In this document: positions 58,669 to 64,000 of the stretch, one piece after another
How positions within the stretch are numbered: the stretch's first letter is position 1
Layout: every line of letters begins with the position of its first letter
NCBI GenBank assembly: GCA_040217195.1
Contig: JAVJNR010000005.1
Location: forward strand, 192,001 to 256,000
Length of the DNA stretch: 64,000 nt
Source of the DNA: Leptospiraceae bacterium
GTDB taxonomy: Bacteria > Spirochaetota > Leptospiria > Leptospirales > Leptonemataceae
Direction of reading: 5' to 3'
Translations under genes and position numbers: made by a program
Notes under the pieces: model-generated
The model's input: the letters and a program-made list of their open reading frames with translations, nothing else
Database searches by the model: none
Told to the model about the DNA's origin: nothing

Positions 58669-60083
58669 TGAGGGTTGCAGTAACCGGCGCCACCGGGTTT
58701 GTAGGTAGATCATTCATTCAGCAGTTCGGAAAGGAGTTTTCTCTTCGCGGCCTGGGACGCTCCGGCACGCCTCCAGCCTGGCTGCCAGAAGGTACTCAGT
58801 GGAAATCTGCAGATCTGTATTCGCTTCTGGATGCGGAGCAGGCTTTGAAGAATTGCGATGTTGCCATCTATCTAATCCATTCCATGGTACCTTCGGCTCG
58901 CCTGAACCAGGGTTCCTTTGAGGACACAGATCTCATCCTTGCGGATAATTTCGCCAGGGCCGCCAGAAAAGCAGGGGTTAAGAGAATAATTTATCTGGGC
59001 GGAATCATGCCAGATATTGCAGAGGAAGAGCTGAGCGTTCATCTAAGGAGTCGAAAGGAGGTGGAAACCGTTCTTGGGTCTACGGGAATTCCTGTAATCG
59101 CCATTCGAGCCGCCCTGGTGCTGGGACCGGGAGGATCCTCCTTTGAAATGATGCGAAAGCTGGTTCAGCGTCTTCCAGTGATGGTATGCCCTTCCTGGAC
59201 CAGCAGTCTTTCAAACCCTGTATATGTTCAGGACCTGTTAAACCTGATCCATGCATTGGTGAATGAACCAGGAAAGAAAAGTGCAACGATTAATGCTCCG
59301 GGCCCGGATCGTCTGAGCTACATTGATCTGATGGGAAAAACGGCAAAGGCCCTGGGAAAGAAACGATACTTTTTGCCAGTTTCCTTTTACTCTCCCCGAC
59401 TTTCTTTGCTCTGGATTGAATTGATTACTGGAAGTTCAAGCGAACTTGTATCTCCACTTGTGGAAAGCCTGAAACACGATATGGTAGCTGATGCTCCAGC
59501 AAAATATAAGAGGTTACTTCGCACTCGAATCGATGAGGCTTTAATGAAGTCCAGTGCTGCCTCAACTGAATCCTCCAGTAAGCCGGGTGGACCCGCCAGG
59601 ACTGCCACTTTAGTTCCAGCACGAAAAATCAAAAATGCCAGCAGAAATGAAAGCCTTGTTCGCTCAGTTCAGAGATTGCCGCTACCTGACCAAAAAAATG
59701 CCATCTATCTGGCAGAACTGTATCCCATCTGGTTGCAGAGTAAATTAAGACCTTTTTTGAAAATCAAGAGAAACCCGGATTCTGGTGTAGTTGGATTCTA
59801 TGTTCTGGGATTGAAGCTTCTGGAGTTAACGCTTAGCCAGGAGCGGTCAGACCCCACCAGACAACTGTACTATGTTACCGGCGGATTGCTGGCGGCCAGT
59901 AACTCCAGAGGAAGACTGGAATTCAGAACCATTCCCAGCCTGAATTGTGCCTTAAGTGCCGTGCATTCGTTTCAACCAGCCCTGCCCTGGTACATTTATA
60001 AATTTACCCAGGCCCCCGTGCACCTCTGGGTTATGAATGCATTTGCCCGTTTCCTGGCAACTTACAGCAATCCCGTTCCATGA
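58668..60083 (+). CDS. NAD(P)-binding atypical SDR (YbjT-like) with C-terminal domain
   Basis: VTGATGFVG, YLIHSM, RIIYLGG, SVHLRSR.EVE, G.GGSSFEM. Confidence 0.85.
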   Translation: MRVAVTGATGFVGRSFIQQFGKEFSLRGLGRSGTPPAWLPEGTQWKSADLYSLLDAEQALKNCDVAIYLIHSMVPSARLNQGSFEDTDLILADNFARAARKAGVKRIIYLGGIMPDIAEEELSVHLRSRKEVETVLGSTGIPVIAIRAALVLGPGGSSFEMMRKLVQRLPVMVCPSWTSSLSNPVYVQDLLNLIHALVNEPGKKSATINAPGPDRLSYIDLMGKTAKALGKKRYFLPVSFYSPRLSLLWIELITGSSSELVSPLVESLKHDMVADAPAKYKRLLRTRIDEALMKSSAASTESSSKPGGPARTATLVPARKIKNASRNESLVRSVQRLPLPDQKNAIYLAELYPIWLQSKLRPFLKIKRNPDSGVVGFYVLGLKLLELTLSQERSDPTRQLYYVTGGLLAASNSRGRLEFRTIPSLNCALSAVHSFQPALPWYIYKFTQAPVHLWVMNAFARFLATYSNPVP

Positions 60084-60195
60084 TTTTCAATCCAAAAAGC
60101 GCGGCACAATCCACCAGGCAGAAACGGCCAAGCAGACTTGAATCATCGATACCTGCCAACTGTTTCCCGGCGCGCCCCAGAGGGCTCTATGGAGC

Positions 60196-60999
60196 TCAGC
60201 CGTCCGGATAGGCTTCGTAGGTACGGGCCAGTTGGACGGAAATGTAAGCGCTGGCCGCACATTGGTTGCTGTCGCCTACCTGGATGAGCTTTACTCCGTA
60301 TTCCCTATCCCCCTTCTCTAACTCGAATCCGCTATATTCGCAGCGAATCCTGTAGTTTCGAGCAGGTTGCCCGCGATTAGCACCTTCTGCATGGAACTCT
60401 TTCAAAGTCCAGGTAGTGATCAACAAATCCCCGCGCTTTTCCACTACGTGTACGTCAGTGGCATTGGTAGTCAGGTAGCCGCTATCGCTGGCTTTCCATG
60501 AATGCACTTTTTTGCCTTCAATGAACCTGTGGTCTCTGTAGGGCTCGCTTACAATGAACTCCAGATGCATGATTCGATCCTGCCAGGGAATGGATGGATC
60601 CTCCAGACGATCAACAACCTGCCGAAAGGCATTATCGCAATCTCCCAGGAATTGGCCATACATGTATCCTTGAAATGGACTGGAAGCCGCTCCATGATGA
60701 ACTCCTTTCAGCAGATACCAGGGTTTGTTGAACTCTCCAATGCGAACGGGCTTTCCCACAACCTCCCAGTCATCAAAAGCATCCAGCCAGTAGTAGCTTC
60801 CCAGCACTCTGGAGTTCAATGAGGGGCCACTTCGCATTCTTACACCGTTGCCTGTGACACAGATACGCCTGGTCTTCCTTTCCATTTGTTCAGAAACATC
60901 CGAACCTGCATCATCGTCTGATGGGGACTTCTGTCCCGAAGAGCAATGGGCCGATAGCAATAAAACTACAGATAGCAGAATGAACCGACGAAAAACCAT
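60196..60999 (-). CDS. SH3b-domain lipoprotein
   Basis: AHC lipobox; VTGNGVRMRSGPSLNS.VLG...WY.....GYMYGQFL. Confidence 0.8.
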   Translation of the reverse strand: MVFRRFILLSVVLLLSAHCSSGQKSPSDDDAGSDVSEQMERKTRRICVTGNGVRMRSGPSLNSRVLGSYYWLDAFDDWEVVGKPVRIGEFNKPWYLLKGVHHGAASSPFQGYMYGQFLGDCDNAFRQVVDRLEDPSIPWQDRIMHLEFIVSEPYRDHRFIEGKKVHSWKASDSGYLTTNATDVHVVEKRGDLLITTWTLKEFHAEGANRGQPARNYRIRCEYSGFELEKGDREYGVKLIQVGDSNQCAASAYISVQLARTYEAYPDG

Positions 61000-61129
61000 G
61001 CCAGGGATTCTGGCCGAGGTTAGAGTTGGGTCAAGGTAAAAAGGCCGGAATTCCGTGCTAAATCAGTGATCCGCAGGATTGAATTGCTGGAATTTGCAGA
61101 ATGATATAGTTCATGGGTCTTGAAAGATG

Positions 61130-61153
61130 AAAAAAAAGGCCCCTTCCGGGGCC
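61130..61153 (-). terminator. Intrinsic terminator downstream of the CitE-like gene
   Basis: Minus strand GGCCCC-GGAA-GGGGCC followed by T8. Confidence 0.85.
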
Positions 61154-61283
61154 CGCCTGCGAATCAAAAACTCGCAGAGTTAGAATTTGTTCGTTGTGTC
61201 GGATTCGCAGTTTTCTGCCTGGCATACCTGCGCGATTGACTCGGCGAATATTACAGGAAAATCCCCGGAATCCTGATCCAGCC

Positions 61284-62270
61284 TTAACTGAACCAGCGCT
61301 TCTCTGCCTCTGCAGGAAGACTTTCGCCAGATACCTTACCACGCTGCACAATGGTCCAGAAACCACGATAGGTAGCACGGTCGTGCAGTTCGCCTTCATA
61401 CTGAATGGGACCCCAGCTAGCATCCTGGGCTGCCAGAAGTACGTTCACCGCCTTTTCTACTTCGGAATGATCGGGCTTCATGGCTTCTACAATTGCATCG
61501 ATTTGAGTGGGATAGATGGACCACATACGCAGAAAACCAAATTCGTAGCGCGCTCTATGTGCATCATCCTTCGTTTGATCATAGTTCTTGAGATCCAGAG
61601 TTACATTATGGGCCGGCACCACACCGTTTGCCAGGGCAGCGGCACACATATTGGATTTGGCTCTTCTAAGAAGTGCATGATCGAACTGCCCGGGGCTTTT
61701 CATGGCTGAAAGTGGGACGGCTCCCAGGTGTCCGGAAACGAAATCCATAAGACCAAAGTCCAGAACCTGCATCCAGGGCAATGATGCGATCTTTTCTACA
61801 TCGCGCAATGCTCCATGGGTTTCAATCAGAACGTGGATTGGAATTTCGCGCTTCAGTCCAGCTTTGGATGCCGTATTCCGAATATAGTCGATCATTTCCT
61901 CTACTTGAGAGGCGGCCGTGGGCTTGGGGATGGTGATGTAGGCAATTTTTTCGCCGGCGCCTTTGATAACGATTTCAGCATCCTGTTTCCAGTGATCGGT
62001 ATGGGTGTAGTCATGGATTCGAACACCGGCCATGCCAAATTCATTTTCCGCGGAGTTTTGCATCCGCACGATCATTTCTGCATGCTCTTTTTCCTGGCCT
62101 GTAGGAGCCCCGTCCTCACAGTCCATGGTAATATCAAAAATAGGACCCTTTTCTTTCTGAAAGCCAAAAGCTTTTCCGATCATTTTTTCATTCCCGGCGA
62201 AATGCTCGCAGCTGGGAATTACCGGGTAGGGTTTCTCACCCGCAAATAATGCTTCATTAGGATGGACCAT
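61284..62270 (-). CDS. HpcH/HpaI aldolase / citrate lyase beta (CitE-like) family protein
   Basis: DCEDGA, GVRIHD, ITIPK, LIET, FGLMDF, MWSIYPTQI. Confidence 0.88.
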   Translation of the reverse strand: MVHPNEALFAGEKPYPVIPSCEHFAGNEKMIGKAFGFQKEKGPIFDITMDCEDGAPTGQEKEHAEMIVRMQNSAENEFGMAGVRIHDYTHTDHWKQDAEIVIKGAGEKIAYITIPKPTAASQVEEMIDYIRNTASKAGLKREIPIHVLIETHGALRDVEKIASLPWMQVLDFGLMDFVSGHLGAVPLSAMKSPGQFDHALLRRAKSNMCAAALANGVVPAHNVTLDLKNYDQTKDDAHRARYEFGFLRMWSIYPTQIDAIVEAMKPDHSEVEKAVNVLLAAQDASWGPIQYEGELHDRATYRGFWTIVQRGKVSGESLPAEAEKRWFS

Positions 62271-62487
62271 AATAATCTCCGTTCTTTCTGGCAGCCCGGA
62301 GGGCTGCGATTTTATGGGCCCACTTTTTTGCGAGCACCTGTGCTGGCCACCGCATTTGAATGTTGAGGCTCCTCACAGTTCGGTGACCCGGGACAAATCC
62401 AGGATAGCATAGAGGCTCCAGGGTACCGGTCCACAGCCACATGCCGGTGTGATTCTTATCCGTGCTGGTTGCGCTTCCAGCCCATGA

Positions 62488-64000
62488 TCAGGGAATGCTA
62501 AATCGGGGTCGAATCAACTGGATCAGGGAATTGCAGTACGTAGCTGATTTTTGTGCCTGCCGAAGGGGCGACCCTTCGGCCAGATGCAACTTGAGGATTC
62601 GTCGGACTTCAAGAATGGCAGGCATGGTAGCATGAACGGAATGATCGCTTTCGACCAGGAGTTCTGAGCGAGCCCCCGGCAAATGGGAGCTTTCATAGGG
62701 CACCACGGAATCTGTGATCCAATCCAGGTCCGTAGCAGAACGACTTCCAATAATAGAATGATAGGGCACTTCCGGTGCAAATGGCTGATTCATGGTTACT
62801 CGCACAAATAGGCTGTCCGGGGACAGACTTTCTATGCCGCTGGGCGGAGCGATAACCGGCGCCTCTTCCTCTCCAGTCATCAGGTCCAGACCTGTGTCAA
62901 ATATCCGGGCCACTCCGGAAGGTAAAGACATGGCTTTTCGGCCCATGTATCCGGCCAGTCCATCGGCAAGTGCGGAGCCGCGATGAGGAGTGGCCAGAAA
63001 GATCACTCGATCCACAAATGGCAACGGATCGTAGTGTGTAACGTTACGCAACAATTCTCTGGTATCTGGATCCAGCAGCTTGAATCGATCTCTTTCAATG
63101 CCGGATTCCAGAATCCAGTCTTCGGTTCTAGATGTCTGTATCATGAGCCGGCCGAGTAGACCACCCATGCTATGTCCAACCAGAAGCATCTGCTGAAACC
63201 CCAGCCTCTGCTTAGCCTGAAGAAGAGTTTTCCTGAGATCCGCTGCGCTAAATTCCACCGGATTGGAAGTAGGATACCAGTACACCCAGAACTGGTATCG
63301 GGAGCGAATCTCCGGATCCGACAGTAGCTCATTGATCATGGTAAACCAGGTCAGAGGCGAAGATGCCAGTCCGTGAACAAATACAACCGGTATCTTCTTC
63401 GCATCGTAAGGATACAGCATATACAGTCCGCTGGTTTCTCCAATGGAATCTCCGTCCAACCGCCTGAACAAAGAATCTCCCTTTTCAGCTCCTGCCAGCA
63501 TATAGGCCATTGGAGAAGACAGATCCACTTCCAGAGGAACCCGCCTGCCATTTAAATCTGCATTGTCTTGACTGAGACTATCTACTATCCGGAGCTCCGC
63601 CTCATACAACTTTCGATCGCTGTGAAAGTAGCTACCATCTTGCTGCAAAAGTGCAGTGGCCGGATAGGCTTGATCTGACTTTCCCAGGTATCTGTACGGC
63701 TTATCCTTGTCTTCTTCGCTATGTTCCGAGGCCAACCTGAAGGAGCGACTCGCCTCCGAGTCTGAATTGCCTTCTCCTAGAGGAGCGGACTTATAAGGAC
63801 GTAGTAATATCAAAGGAGCACCAAGCCCAAAATAGGACTGATGGTTCTCGAATCCGCGAGCTTCATAGTCATAGGCTACTCGGATATGCAAAAAGGACCT
63901 GGGTAAATAATTCACTTCGCTTTGCAGAGTGATTTCCAGGCTCCCTCGCATAAGCGGCAGCCGATGAGAGGCTCCGGTTAGGGCCCTTCTGGAATGAAGG
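62488..64000 (-). CDS. Alpha/beta hydrolase (esterase/lipase, PGAP1-like); 5' end lies outside the window
   Basis: PVVFVHGLASSP, GHSMGG nucleophile elbow, ATPHRGS, DSVVPY, catalytic His. The frame stays open from 63951 to the window edge. Confidence 0.85.
   Translation of the reverse strand, partial: LHSRRALTGASHRLPLMRGSLEITLQSEVNYLPRSFLHIRVAYDYEARGFENHQSYFGLGAPLILLRPYKSAPLGEGNSDSEASRSFRLASEHSEEDKDKPYRYLGKSDQAYPATALLQQDGSYFHSDRKLYEAELRIVDSLSQDNADLNGRRVPLEVDLSSPMAYMLAGAEKGDSLFRRLDGDSIGETSGLYMLYPYDAKKIPVVFVHGLASSPLTWFTMINELLSDPEIRSRYQFWVYWYPTSNPVEFSAADLRKTLLQAKQRLGFQQMLLVGHSMGGLLGRLMIQTSRTEDWILESGIERDRFKLLDPDTRELLRNVTHYDPLPFVDRVIFLATPHRGSALADGLAGYMGRKAMSLPSGVARIFDTGLDLMTGEEEAPVIAPPSGIESLSPDSLFVRVTMNQPFAPEVPYHSIIGSRSATDLDWITDSVVPYESSHLPGARSELLVESDHSVHATMPAILEVRRILKLHLAEGSPLRQAQKSATYCNSLIQLIRPRFSIP

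Noticed and set aside
170..63555. Numerous 60-230 aa ORFs nested in or antisense to the called genes
   Set aside because: They overlap well-supported CDS, have no motifs, and are expected by chance at about 50% GC.

Overview
Gene-dense, mostly core-genome window from a spirochete of the order Leptospirales, inferred from LipL31-like, DUF1554/Len-like, P83/100-like and FlcA-like genes and a recA-argC pair. It holds about 48 CDS. Housekeeping genes include pgsA, recA, argC, Trk/Ktr K+ uptake, rel/spoT, aroA, hisI, hemB, thiS/thiE and mfd. Envelope and motility genes include an AsmA-like protein, FapA, FlcA, an M23 peptidase, ExbB/ExbD/ExbD/TonB, an O-antigen ligase, glycosyltransferases and two MscS channels; the rest are small-molecule enzymes. 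I found no rRNA, tRNA, CRISPR array, transposase or prophage. The most notable observations are: (1) a non-coding 55-bp tandem array with a 110-bp higher-order period beside a DUF1554 lipoprotein gene; (2) a tyrosine-recombinase-fold gene that has lost most of its catalytic residues, directly upstream of mfd-lipL31; (3) a LolB/DUF4292-like lipoprotein behind an LbcA-like TPR gene, in a phylum thought to lack LolB; (4) at least eight genes with a near-identical leaderless promoter geometry; (5) a probable CTG start for tonB. All family calls come from reading motifs by eye, not from database searches.
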